Origin: a virus
DNA: 64,000 nt
Strand: one strand, 5' to 3'
IMG/VR virus record: IMGVR_UViG_3300046333_000090
Both the position numbers and the translations under genes were made by a program. Below are positions 48,604 to 58,271 of this stretch, piece by piece. The first letter of the stretch is position 1. The number at the start of each line of letters is the position of its first letter. The notes under the pieces are model-generated. The model made no database searches, was not told the origin of the DNA, and saw nothing but the letters and a program-made list of their open reading frames with translations.

Positions 48604-51333
48604 TTAGTTAGTGGGGTAGGCTATTTTGGTGAATCCATCGACTTTAGAAAATTGCATCACTCGATCAAAATCATCGATAGCAACATCTTCTCGATGAGTA
48701 ATAATCATAATATTATGATCGACCATCTGGTTAATAATACTCATCAAATTATTGTTAGAATCATAATCTAAAGAACTATCAAACACTTCATCCATTATCA
48801 ATATATTAGTACTATTAGCACTATTTAAAGACGCAAGATCTCTAAATGAGAGCATAATTGCTAGAGATATTTTCATCTTTTCTCCCTCACTAAATGATTC
48901 ATAAGAAAAATTCTGTTTATCCCTAGCACATATAATTTCTTTAAATAATGAATTAAATGTGAAATTTATGTTTAATCCAAATATGTTGAGATAATTATTG
49001 ATATAGCTATTGAAATATGGTAAATATTTTTCTAGAATTTTTGATTTAATCCCAGAATCAGACAACAACTTAACCACTATATCATAATTATTTTTATCTA
49101 CTTTCAATAAATCCAATTTATTATATAATGACTCTAAATTAGCTTTAGTGTTAGTCAATTTATCATTATATTCAGTTATATCAGAATTATTTGATTTTGG
49201 AATTACGATAGATAATCGGCTAATTCGATTATCTATAGATGTTAGTTCACTATTCAAATTTTTCATTTTTTGAGCATGTTCTGTTTTTCTACTAGTCAAC
49301 TTTTGAATATCTGACAAGATAGCTTGTCCAGAATTAAGTTTTTTAGTGGCTATATCTAATTTAGTTTCAAAGGATTGTATATCACTCTTAAATTTTAATA
49401 TAGAATCCCTTTTTAATGTAGGATCTATAGATTGAGTACAAGTAGGGCAAGTATTGTTACTCTCGTAAAATTTAATTTGTTTGTTGTCCAATTTGATTGC
49501 AGCATTACAATCACTTACATAAGTTTTAAGCTTAGTGATATGTGGCTGCGGATCGCTGAAACCAGATAACTCTAACTCTAGTTTATCCTTTTCTAGCATC
49601 AATAAATTGATATTTTTATTGATAGAGTCTTTCTCTAAATTTAATCTATTAATTTCTTCACTATTATCCACCACAGTGGTATTGGTGATAGTATTGATGA
49701 ATGATTGTATTAATACTACTTGCTCATTATTTGATTTGATGTCATTTGATATAGATTTAATCTCATCATATAACTCTTTATTTCGCTCTTTAGCCACCAC
49801 TAACATTTCTGCAAAGATTTTTATATCTAGCAGTTCTTCAATTAGTGTACGCCGCACCAATACTGGCTGCTCCATAAAAGGAATATAATTACAACTACCC
49901 AATATAGCGATATTAGAAAATGTTAGATAGTTGATTTTAATGATATGATCTTCAAGATATTTCTGTTGTTCCTTTACTGAAGACAATTCGTTAAGTTTTT
50001 CACCATTAATGTATATATCAAATACATTTGGCTGCTGTCCTCTGACAATTTTGTATTCATTATTAGATGAAGAAAATTCTAATTCTACCAGTAATTGTGC
50101 TTTATTGGTAGAATTGATTAGTTGACTTTTATTTATATTTCTGTATGCTACACCGTATAGTGCATACACAATAGAATCTAGCAATGTCGAACTATTATGG
50201 GTCAATTTAAACCCAGTAGTCACATATAATTGATCTTCTGCATCAACGGTGATACATACTTGTTCTTCCTGATAACCATTCTGTACGATCTCACTAATCG
50301 TTGATTGCATAGAACGTCTGGATGGTCGCCATCTGTCATCATGTAATTTGAATGGGCATACTGGCAATCTGAATGACAAATTCCAGCAATTACCAGACTT
50401 ATAATGGGTACGATTATCTGCAATTGGTTCACATGCTCGTCCACCCAACGATCTTACCAAATCTCTTACTAAAACAATTAAATTGATAGAAGTAGAACTA
50501 AAACTAGATCGTGGTCTACCATCTGCTTTTGATAATCCTACACAACCATTGCTATCTAATAATCCCTGTAGTAATTCTAGTCTCGATTGATAATCCCATA
50601 GCAACCAATCACTATGATCTTTGTGTAAATTTTTATCATGTGATAAACCACTATCACGATACTTTGCTATTTCTGGATGAATAGCAGACCAACTATATCC
50701 AGATTGTGCAGAATGACCACCATTATTTCTTGAATTAGTAGGAATCCCCAGAGAAGATTCTAATAGTGGCAGTAGTTTAGATTCAATTCTGTCATCATAT
50801 GAAACCTTTAGTTGTCCTTGACTAAAACAACCATTACCAAGACAATAACCTAGTGCATATCCAAAACTAACAGAGATACCTTCTTGGAGTCCGTCAAATT
50901 TAGGTAACGTATATCTTGCAGTATTATCTGATGATTTTCTCACACCATTGTCAATTAATTCTTGAGTAGTTTTGGTAATTAATACATTTTTACCATGTCT
51001 TTTTACCCATACAGACCATAGATGGTCTTTACCACATCGTATATCCACCCCATCCATAGTCTTTACCGTGTATACATCTTTCACTCCTTGAGGATGGATA
51101 GACAATACTTTGATGGGTGTGCCAGCAGAACCAATCACATAGTCACCAGGACGAATAGCACCCATAGTAGACCAACCTAAAGGAGTTAGAACTGGTTCTG
51201 ATATTGGTGCTTCTTTACCCGTCCCATTAGACCCTACAACAATAGTTTTATTGTGGTTACACAAATCTATTTCTATTGGCACATTACCAACAGAAATGAA
51301 ATTTTTTATTTTGAGTTTTTTTAGTAAGATCAT
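48604..51333 (-). CDS. gp46: Recombination ATPase gp46 (Rad50/SbcC-like) with intein
   Basis: GSNGTGK|intein|SSTLLD, CPTC zinc hook, FSEGEK signature, ILIMDEVFDSSLD. Confidence 0.95.
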   Translation of the reverse strand: MILLKKLKIKNFISVGNVPIEIDLCNHNKTIVVGSNGTGKEAPISEPVLTPLGWSTMGAIRPGDYVIGSAGTPIKVLSIHPQGVKDVYTVKTMDGVDIRCGKDHLWSVWVKRHGKNVLITKTTQELIDNGVRKSSDNTARYTLPKFDGLQEGISVSFGYALGYCLGNGCFSQGQLKVSYDDRIESKLLPLLESSLGIPTNSRNNGGHSAQSGYSWSAIHPEIAKYRDSGLSHDKNLHKDHSDWLLWDYQSRLELLQGLLDSNGCVGLSKADGRPRSSFSSTSINLIVLVRDLVRSLGGRACEPIADNRTHYKSGNCWNLSFRLPVCPFKLHDDRWRPSRRSMQSTISEIVQNGYQEEQVCITVDAEDQLYVTTGFKLTHNSSTLLDSIVYALYGVAYRNINKSQLINSTNKAQLLVELEFSSSNNEYKIVRGQQPNVFDIYINGEKLNELSSVKEQQKYLEDHIIKINYLTFSNIAILGSCNYIPFMEQPVLVRRTLIEELLDIKIFAEMLVVAKERNKELYDEIKSISNDIKSNNEQVVLIQSFINTITNTTVVDNSEEINRLNLEKDSINKNINLLMLEKDKLELELSGFSDPQPHITKLKTYVSDCNAAIKLDNKQIKFYESNNTCPTCTQSIDPTLKRDSILKFKSDIQSFETKLDIATKKLNSGQAILSDIQKLTSRKTEHAQKMKNLNSELTSIDNRISRLSIVIPKSNNSDITEYNDKLTNTKANLESLYNKLDLLKVDKNNYDIVVKLLSDSGIKSKILEKYLPYFNSYINNYLNIFGLNINFTFNSLFKEIICARDKQNFSYESFSEGEKMKISLAIMLSFRDLASLNSANSTNILIMDEVFDSSLDYDSNNNLMSIINQMVDHNIMIITHREDVAIDDFDRVMQFSKVDGFTKIAYPTN
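50194..51213 (-). other. Class 3 intein (340 aa) in the gp46 Walker A motif
   Basis: Starts EAPISEPVLTP (no nucleophile); WCT triad DHLW / QVCITV / LTHN. Confidence 0.85.
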
Positions 51334-52077
51334 CTAATAACTTCTACCATTAGCAGCAAGATTAAGGGAACCGTTGTATAGATCAGAATGATTTCTATAC
51401 ATGCTTATTGCTACCCAATTCTTAAAATTGGCATATTTGATAGAAAAACTCCAATAATTATTTTCAGAAGTATTTCTCAGCACATCTATTAATTTTAATA
51501 ATTTGCGATCTTCTTCTATCACAGAGGCTTTGTTTTTATTAAAAGCATATAAGAAAGATACCCCTCCTTGTAATAATTCTTCTTTATCAAAAAACTCTAT
51601 ATATCTTTTTTCTAATGTAATGTAATTATGCAAATCGTCATATGCACTTACCAGTTTCTTATTTTCCTCCCAATGATAATTAACAATATATAAAGGACTA
51701 CGCTCAAAAATTTGTGGAACAATATTGTCTTTCAAATTATATTCAGGAGCAGAGTTTAAATAATAATGATTAATAGGTCTACCAATAATACGACAACAAA
51801 GATTTTCCAGATGACATTTGTATCTATGTTGTCTAATCTTATCTCTAAATTCTTTCTGGCTGCTTATATTAATAATATCGCGAGAAACATACATCTTTAA
51901 TGTGTGTCCAGACAACAAATAATGTAGTTTATCATCAATATTCAGTAGATGCAAGAAAGCATTAATAGTGGCTAATGTTTTTAGCCTAATCGGATAATAC
52001 TTATATTGATCGGAATCATCACTAGTCGTAGAAATTTGTAATACTGTTGGTTTAACAAACTTTATAAAATATGCCAT
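51334..52077 (-). CDS. Hypothetical protein between gp47 and gp46
   Basis: 247-aa ORF, no recognised motif. Confidence 0.55.
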   Translation of the reverse strand: MAYFIKFVKPTVLQISTTSDDSDQYKYYPIRLKTLATINAFLHLLNIDDKLHYLLSGHTLKMYVSRDIINISSQKEFRDKIRQHRYKCHLENLCCRIIGRPINHYYLNSAPEYNLKDNIVPQIFERSPLYIVNYHWEENKKLVSAYDDLHNYITLEKRYIEFFDKEELLQGGVSFLYAFNKNKASVIEEDRKLLKLIDVLRNTSENNYWSFSIKYANFKNWVAISMYRNHSDLYNGSLNLAANGRSY

Positions 52078-52092
52078 ATTACTTTCCTAAAT

Positions 52093-53118
52093 TCATACTA
52101 TTTTCTGGTATATATTCTTTATAATCGACATCACCGTATCTATATCGTCTATGTCTATACTTTGCACATATTCTTCAAACAATTCTAGAGTAGAATTGTT
52201 TGAAATTGCTTCATCAGTAAATTCTACATCACTGATATTTTTAACCAATTGTTCTACTATTTTAACACTGTATGCAACAGAAGTCAATCTTTCCACATAA
52301 CTATCAAAATCTTGAATTCCATCTAATCCCTTCACTATTAACTTTACCACACAATCCCTATAGGATTCTAGATCAATAGGTGTTAAATATGGTTCATAAT
52401 AGACAGTTTGATAAAGTTTATAAGGATTTCGTATAAACTTTGTTTTTAGGGTGGTAGTATCGAGTACAGTTAATCCTCTAACCGCATTCTCATCACCAGC
52501 ATTCATTTCTCCAAATATACCAATATAGTGAATATTTTGGTAAATAGATCTGAAATGAATATGACCAGATAACACCTTAGTATATTTGGAGAAAATATTG
52601 GGATCTGTGCCATGAGTGAGGTGGTGTCCTGGTAACAACATGGCACCATTGACCTCTAAGTGGGCAAATGCAATTTTTGATTTAGTATCGTCAATAAATT
52701 TGACAGTATTATCATAATTACTAGTATTGATCCAAGGAATCAAATCGATACTAGTTCCACCAATATTAATAGTCGCACATTCTGAATAAGTATTGATATT
52801 TGTATACTCACCTAATACTAAATCAATAGAATTAATATGGTTCGAGTCTTTATAATACAGATCGTGATTACCAGTAATGATATGTATCTTTTTATCTTTT
52901 AGTTTATCTAGTACATATGTTTTAGTTTGATATATGGTATGTAGTTCAAGTGATTTGCGGTTATCAAAAAAGTCACCTAATTGGATGATGGTATTGATAT
53001 TATTTTCTTCTATGTATGGAAGAAAAATATTGTCAAACCACTTTAAGAAATAATTCCAGTGCATTGGATCGGATTTTCTTACACCCAGATGGAGATCTGC
53101 TAAAATTGCTACTAACAT
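52093..53118 (-). CDS. gp47: Recombination nuclease gp47 (Mre11/SbcD-like)
   Basis: DLHLG, GDFFDNRK, GNHD, PWIN, HLE, SGHIH. Confidence 0.95.
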   Translation of the reverse strand: MLVAILADLHLGVRKSDPMHWNYFLKWFDNIFLPYIEENNINTIIQLGDFFDNRKSLELHTIYQTKTYVLDKLKDKKIHIITGNHDLYYKDSNHINSIDLVLGEYTNINTYSECATINIGGTSIDLIPWINTSNYDNTVKFIDDTKSKIAFAHLEVNGAMLLPGHHLTHGTDPNIFSKYTKVLSGHIHFRSIYQNIHYIGIFGEMNAGDENAVRGLTVLDTTTLKTKFIRNPYKLYQTVYYEPYLTPIDLESYRDCVVKLIVKGLDGIQDFDSYVERLTSVAYSVKIVEQLVKNISDVEFTDEAISNNSTLELFEEYVQSIDIDDIDTVMSIIKNIYQKIV

Positions 53119-53149
53119 TATTCTTTCTCATCCTCTAGTGGTGGTTCCA

Positions 53150-53428
53150 TGTTGTCTGGTTAGCTATATGTGTCCCAATTAATTGGTCTAATTTGATCTG
53201 ATATTCTGGTGAGAATTGGATAGTACTATCAGGCAACCAACTAGGAACTTATTTGAGATATCTTTCTGGCGATACTAATCCTGATTTTACTCCAAACTGA
53301 TAATGTAAATATAATTTGTCACCACCAAACCATTGATTATAAATTAATTGCTTAGTAGATCCATTATTTACATTATGATTGGGTTGATCGAATTGCCACA
53401 AATTGAGTATAGGATCGAAATGAATCAT
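53150..53428 (-). pseudogene. HNH family copy G, miniature with internal deletions
   Basis: MIHFDPILNLWQFDQPNHN start joined to LHYQFGVKSGLVSPERYL...WLPD. Confidence 0.75.
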
Positions 53429-53430
53429 AA

Positions 53431-54015
53431 TTATACTATCTCCAGATTTCTATATTTTAACTCGATAGAATCTTTTAAAGCTTGCTTCTCATGTTCCTCC
53501 AAACCACCTCCATTAAAGAAATAACTAAACTCTGAAAAATCTATAATTTTATTTTTTATCTCTTGCTGCTTCTTCTCAATCGCGATAGTGCGAATGAACG
53601 CAAAATAACAAATTTGAGTAAAGTAGGAGAATGGGTTAGTACTTATAGCAGGATCGAAATTGGTGATAGACTTTAGACAATTTTCTACTGCATTATTAAT
53701 CATGTCCTGTTTATAGGTATAATTAACAAATCCACCACCTTGAGAAAATCGATATGCAATCTTTTCTATCTGAATTAATAAGTAATTACTTACCATTGGT
53801 TTATCTAGTATATTAGCAATTAAATACTCGTAAGTGCATCTAAGATAATACAATTTTAATATATTAGTAGTAGAGGGTAACTGTTCTTTAAAGAGAATTA
53901 TTAAATTTAATACTTTGGATTTCCAGTCGAGTATCTTGGTCTTGTGTTCAATCAAGGCATCTGCAAATGCTACATTGTCAACATAGTGTTTTGGTTCTTT
54001 GGTGGTTCTTGGCAT
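53431..54015 (-). CDS. gp55: Late sigma factor gp55
   Basis: HYVDN..F..AL; FVNYTYKQDMI..AVENC...FDP..STNPFSYFTQICYFAFIR.I..EKKQ. Confidence 0.93.
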   Translation of the reverse strand: MPRTTKEPKHYVDNVAFADALIEHKTKILDWKSKVLNLIILFKEQLPSTTNILKLYYLRCTYEYLIANILDKPMVSNYLLIQIEKIAYRFSQGGGFVNYTYKQDMINNAVENCLKSITNFDPAISTNPFSYFTQICYFAFIRTIAIEKKQQEIKNKIIDFSEFSYFFNGGGLEEHEKQALKDSIELKYRNLEIV

Positions 54016-54102
54016 AAAATTATTAGATTATCATAGTAGTATATTAATTTTTCAATTATATATATACCATTATAAACAATATATCACAAATTGTCAATGA
54101 CA

Positions 54103-54135
54103 TAAATCCCTCCTATTGTTAATAGGAGGGATTTA
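54103..54135. terminator. Hairpin terminator after the dual-coding locus
   Basis: TAAATCCCTCCTATT-GTT-AATAGGAGGGATTTA. Confidence 0.7.
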
Positions 54136-54197
54136 ACATCACTTCAGCTTTACTGGACTACCACAACCATTTCTGGTACTGCATATATTAAATACAC

Positions 54198-55127
54198 CTA
54201 ATCAAACATTACATCTGCTGTAATGTTTCGTTGAGGAAACGGGAAGCTAGAGTTTGATTTTCTGGTGCCACTAGATCCATCAATTTCTTCAGGAGTTCCT
54301 CCAAGAGCGTAAAATAACTTTGTGAACGGTTTAATAATAACTTCGTCGAGGACTGTGAAGTGTTCGTCGAGGACTGTACTGATTTTAACGTTGCTGTCAT
54401 AAATTTTTTCAAATATTCCAGTAATGGTTGATCGATCTGCCAATAAAGTAGTTTTATCTTGTTGTACATTTTCTGATTGCATATTTTCAATCGCTTGACT
54501 TGTTCGGAGTCTGATGGATGAATTGTTGTCATCAACAACTGCATTTGATTCATCGAGTATTGCATACGCCCCCCCCACGCTTCTATTTGTGCTATCACTT
54601 CCAACACTGGTTCTGGAATCATAAACTTCTCCAACATTTCCCACAAAACTTTGATGTGAAATTTCTGGTTGCATGGATTCCATTTTATTAGATTGCGAAT
54701 CTCGCTGTAGGTCTTTTTCGTTTGTGTCTGACCAGTTGTATTTTCGTACTTGATTATATCTGATCGTAATTTTGAATTTATGTTTTTTAAATGACCGTTT
54801 TCCATATCCAAGCCAGTCATTTTGTCCTGACATTGGGTAGCAAAATCTTTTTCTTTCTTGGATGTTTTCTCCAGTTGACTGACTTTTTCCTTCAGTCTGG
54901 CTATCTCCAATTCTGCCAATCTCAGCTTTTCTGCTATCTTCATAATCCTGTCCTTCGCTCTTAGCAAATTTGGCAATCAATCGTTTAGCACAACCCAAAC
55001 TAGCCACTTTAAATGATTCTAATCCATCAATTACAACCAACCAAAATGGTGATTGTTTACCAGATTTAGTAGTGTGTCTAATTAATTCGATCATCTCAGT
55101 TAAAGTGGTTTGTTTGGCTGTCTTCAT
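54198..55127 (-). CDS. Hypothetical protein, frame 0 of the dual-coding locus (start may be 55094)
   Basis: 309-codon ORF behind a TTGACA-17-TATAGT promoter (55130-55158). Confidence 0.6.
   Translation of the reverse strand: MKTAKQTTLTEMIELIRHTTKSGKQSPFWLVVIDGLESFKVASLGCAKRLIAKFAKSEGQDYEDSRKAEIGRIGDSQTEGKSQSTGENIQERKRFCYPMSGQNDWLGYGKRSFKKHKFKITIRYNQVRKYNWSDTNEKDLQRDSQSNKMESMQPEISHQSFVGNVGEVYDSRTSVGSDSTNRSVGGAYAILDESNAVVDDNNSSIRLRTSQAIENMQSENVQQDKTTLLADRSTITGIFEKIYDSNVKISTVLDEHFTVLDEVIIKPFTKLFYALGGTPEEIDGSSGTRKSNSSFPFPQRNITADVMFD
54209..54943 (-). CDS. Hypothetical coiled-coil protein nested in the +1 frame
   Basis: ATG at 54943 preceded by GAAGGACAGGATT (SD-like); MKIAEKLRLAELEIARLKEKVSQLEK heptads. 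Confidence 0.6.
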   Translation of the reverse strand: MKIAEKLRLAELEIARLKEKVSQLEKTSKKEKDFATQCQDKMTGLDMENGHLKNINSKLRSDIIKYENTTGQTQTKKTYSEIRNLIKWNPCNQKFHIKVLWEMLEKFMIPEPVLEVIAQIEAWGGRMQYSMNQMQLLMTTIHPSDSEQVKRLKICNQKMYNKIKLLYWQIDQPLLEYLKKFMTATLKSVQSSTNTSQSSTKLLLNRSQSYFTLLEELLKKLMDLVAPENQTLASRFLNETLQQM

Positions 55128-55220
55128 TAACTATATCAGTGAAGGTATAGTTTGTCAACTATTAATTTTGTGGTCTGAGGGGGGTCTAGGATGCCCCGTA
55201 AGGTGTCTCGATCTGGGAGT

Positions 55221-55400
55221 TTGACACTCCCCTGCCTAAAGGCGAGGAGATTCTTCTCTCAATGACGCACCTTGCCCACGCAGGTTTGCCCCAGCGAAAG
55301 TAGAGGTTATGGGTGAGATAACTAAAGTGACGGGGGTTTCCGATAACCCAATTCTGACAATTCTGGGTCTTTGTATTCCGCAAAAGTAGTCGCAATTCTG
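55221..55400 (-). mobile_element. IS605/IS1341-type right end / TnpB omegaRNA remnant without tnpB
   Basis: - strand ...AAGAATCTCCTCGCCTTTAGGCAGGGGAGTGTCAA; GC-richer than flanks; far boundary approximate. Confidence 0.7.
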
Positions 55401-55449
55401 CAAAAATAGGAATAAGGCTTTGTACGATATGTCCTAGACATTTTATTAA

Positions 55450-55887
55450 TTATAAATTTTTATAAATATTCTCCAAAGAATTTTTGATCGAAATCATCTC
55501 AGGAGAATTTTGATTATTATCCACCCCAACTTCTTGTAACACTCCAGTATATTCAACAGAATTGAGATACATATTGTAATATTCAAACATAGTAGGACTC
55601 ATATCTCCCCAGACTACTACATCTTTTTGATTCATATGAAACGTATTATCAGAACTATTACTCATCCACGGTGATAACTGGTAGTTCATAATCATCCGAC
55701 CACCAGAAATAATTGTTATTGGTCTAACCACCAGTGGATCGGTAATATAAAAAGACCCGTCTTCTTGTTCTTCAAGATCGTCTGGGATATTGACAAATCC
55801 AATAATTTCCTCATTTGTAACTAATTTAATAGCAGCAAAGAATTCTAAATCTTGATTTTCAGCTTTTGAGTCTGGAGTTAACATCAT
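55450..55887 (-). CDS. Conserved T4-like protein downstream of uvsW (Sm-like fold)
   Basis: FAAIKLVTNEEIIG...DP.V...PWM..S.D..F. Confidence 0.7.
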   Translation of the reverse strand: MMLTPDSKAENQDLEFFAAIKLVTNEEIIGFVNIPDDLEEQEDGSFYITDPLVVRPITIISGGRMIMNYQLSPWMSNSSDNTFHMNQKDVVVWGDMSPTMFEYYNMYLNSVEYTGVLQEVGVDNNQNSPEMISIKNSLENIYKNL

Positions 55888-58271
55888 TTTTTCTTTATTA
55901 AATCTATTTCTGTTATGTTAAATTCTAATTCTTCTTCGGAATAATATTTGATTCTGTCCATCAAATGATCGATAGTATAATTTTTTATATTACCTACACT
56001 AATGTTATCCGCGATATCATATATAGTAGCACGTTGTTTAGAATCATGCAAACGTAAACCTCTCCCTATACTCTGTAAATTGCGTATTCTAGATTTATTT
56101 GGTGATGCGAATATGATATTATGTAGGTTTTTAATATTTATACCTTGTTGGTATGTCTGGTAGGATGCTATTATCACACCATTTTGTTCGGTTTCTACTA
56201 ATTGTCTAATTCTTTCTCTCTCGTCACTACTAATTTTTCCATATACTAAATGTATACTTTTTTCTGGTAGTTCTTTAGTGAACTGTTCATATAGTGGCAG
56301 ACCTTGTTGTTCTACTCTACTGAATAATACCAAAGTATTGCCTTTTAGTCTAGAAACTAAATTTTTGATAAAGTTATTTCTAATTTGGTGAGTGACTAGA
56401 TATTCTAATTCTTCTGTGTACGTTGCAAACATTCGATATGGGTGCTTCAGAATAAGAATTTTAATAAAAACATCACTAATTTGTTTATTTTTAATTAGTT
56501 CGGTAGTAGTGACTACTTGTTTACAGTCACCAAATAAACCCATTAATTGTAATTTATTAGCTTTAGCACCATCTAGAGTACCAGTAAATCCAAATCTATA
56601 TTTACATTGATCTAGATGTTGTAGGATGATAGTCAATGATTTGGCAACAGCAGTGTGGCAATTGCCTGTTATAACAACTTTACCATTGTGGCGAACAACA
56701 ATATTTCCTGTTGGCACTTTCACACAATAAACTTTGCCATTATAATCGATTTCAGATTTAGTTATACCTCGACAACCTATTCTATTAATATGTTTACTAA
56801 TAAATAATCTATAAACATCATTAAACGTATCAGATCTATTATCAACTTGAACGGTTTGATTAGTGTGGTAATTACATAGCACCGCCATCGCCTGATAAAA
56901 ATCAACATTGGCTTTAATAGTTGAACTATAGTAGTATAAACCATTTTTTGTAATACTTCCATCCCAACAAACCATTTCTTCAATAATTTGTCTACATACA
57001 TCTAGTGACAATTCCGCAATATTAAAATAATCTGATATATTTTTATAAGCGTATGAAATGCCACTCACCAAAAATCTTCTTTTATCCTTTACGTTGCCAT
57101 TACGTTCAGTTCCCTTGACTTCTCTAAAATTAAAGTCACCTTTAGACATAATATCTAAAAATTTATTTATTTTACGTTGTTTTGAAAACGTAAAATCTAA
57201 AGTTAAAGTTCCATTTATATCAGTGTGCCACAAACTACCATCCGCTTGGAAAGCAATTAATAACTTATCTAATTCAGTCAATTCTGTTTTAATATTTGAT
57301 GTTGTCAAACCACAAGTTTTAATAGTCCAATTACCATTATTATAACTAACATCTTTATGAGACTTTTTAACATGATTTATTTTATTAAAAAGTAAAATTT
57401 CGTGATTTGGTGTGGTAGTTAAGCTTATTCTTCTGTCAGAACTAGCATTAATCAATTTTCCACTATAGTCATTTTCAATATAACAAATTGGTTTTACAAA
57501 AGATATTTCATTTGTGTCTGAATCATATTGGGCAACTAATTCAGTTTTATCTAAACAATCAAATCTAACAAATCCTTTATTGGTGAGTATTTCTGTATCT
57601 GGGGTAAAGCATTCGTCCACTTGAACGCATCCATACTGTTTGAAATATGATTTAGGCTGAGTATATATACCTTGCCACGTAGACATCACTATTGGTTTAT
57701 CTGATTGTTTTTCACGATCTTCAAATATTTCATGAATTAATCTAACATCCATACCATAACTAACAAATTCTTTTTTAGTTTGTATTACTAAACTAGTATT
57801 TGGAAAAATTATCAAGACTTTAGTAAAATCTTTATAATAATTAGCCAAAATATAAAGAGACATGCTCTTGCCGCTACTTGTTGGAGACAGTATTAATTTT
57901 CTATTATTAAATATACACTCCTTAACAGTATCTATCTGATAATCTCTAAGAGAAAATGGCAATTTTAGAGATTTTATATATGTATCTACATCGTAATTAC
58001 ATTTTTCATTTACATCTGGTGAGATTTCATATGTATAATTATTATCCTTCAGAAAATTGGTGAGATGATCTAGTAGTCCATAATATAATTGCCCACCAGT
58101 AACAGAGAATAATCTGATTTTTCCGTCCCACGCACCATTCTTATATGCTGGCATATATTTGTAGCCAGATACTTCAAATGAGTAATAATCATTCAATATA
58201 TATCTCAGTTCAGCATCACACTCTACAATAATGTAGAGTTCATTCTTTTTTTTAATCCTAACGTCAGTCAT
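55884..58271 (-). CDS. uvsW: UvsW helicase with intein
   Basis: WDGKIRLF, LRDYQ, SPTSSGKS, VDE|intein|CH, GFTGT, LQSIGRGLR; start set at MTDVRIKKKNE. Confidence 0.94.
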   Translation of the reverse strand: MTDVRIKKKNELYIIVECDAELRYILNDYYSFEVSGYKYMPAYKNGAWDGKIRLFSVTGGQLYYGLLDHLTNFLKDNNYTYEISPDVNEKCNYDVDTYIKSLKLPFSLRDYQIDTVKECIFNNRKLILSPTSSGKSMSLYILANYYKDFTKVLIIFPNTSLVIQTKKEFVSYGMDVRLIHEIFEDREKQSDKPIVMSTWQGIYTQPKSYFKQYGCVQVDECFTPDTEILTNKGFVRFDCLDKTELVAQYDSDTNEISFVKPICYIENDYSGKLINASSDRRISLTTTPNHEILLFNKINHVKKSHKDVSYNNGNWTIKTCGLTTSNIKTELTELDKLLIAFQADGSLWHTDINGTLTLDFTFSKQRKINKFLDIMSKGDFNFREVKGTERNGNVKDKRRFLVSGISYAYKNISDYFNIAELSLDVCRQIIEEMVCWDGSITKNGLYYYSSTIKANVDFYQAMAVLCNYHTNQTVQVDNRSDTFNDVYRLFISKHINRIGCRGITKSEIDYNGKVYCVKVPTGNIVVRHNGKVVITGNCHTAVAKSLTIILQHLDQCKYRFGFTGTLDGAKANKLQLMGLFGDCKQVVTTTELIKNKQISDVFIKILILKHPYRMFATYTEELEYLVTHQIRNNFIKNLVSRLKGNTLVLFSRVEQQGLPLYEQFTKELPEKSIHLVYGKISSDERERIRQLVETEQNGVIIASYQTYQQGINIKNLHNIIFASPNKSRIRNLQSIGRGLRLHDSKQRATIYDIADNISVGNIKNYTIDHLMDRIKYYSEEELEFNITEIDLIKKK
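56661..57611 (-). other. Contiguous intein (317 aa) in the UvsW DExH box
   Basis: DE|CFTPDTEILT...TPNH...VYCVKVP...VVITGN|CH. Confidence 0.9.
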
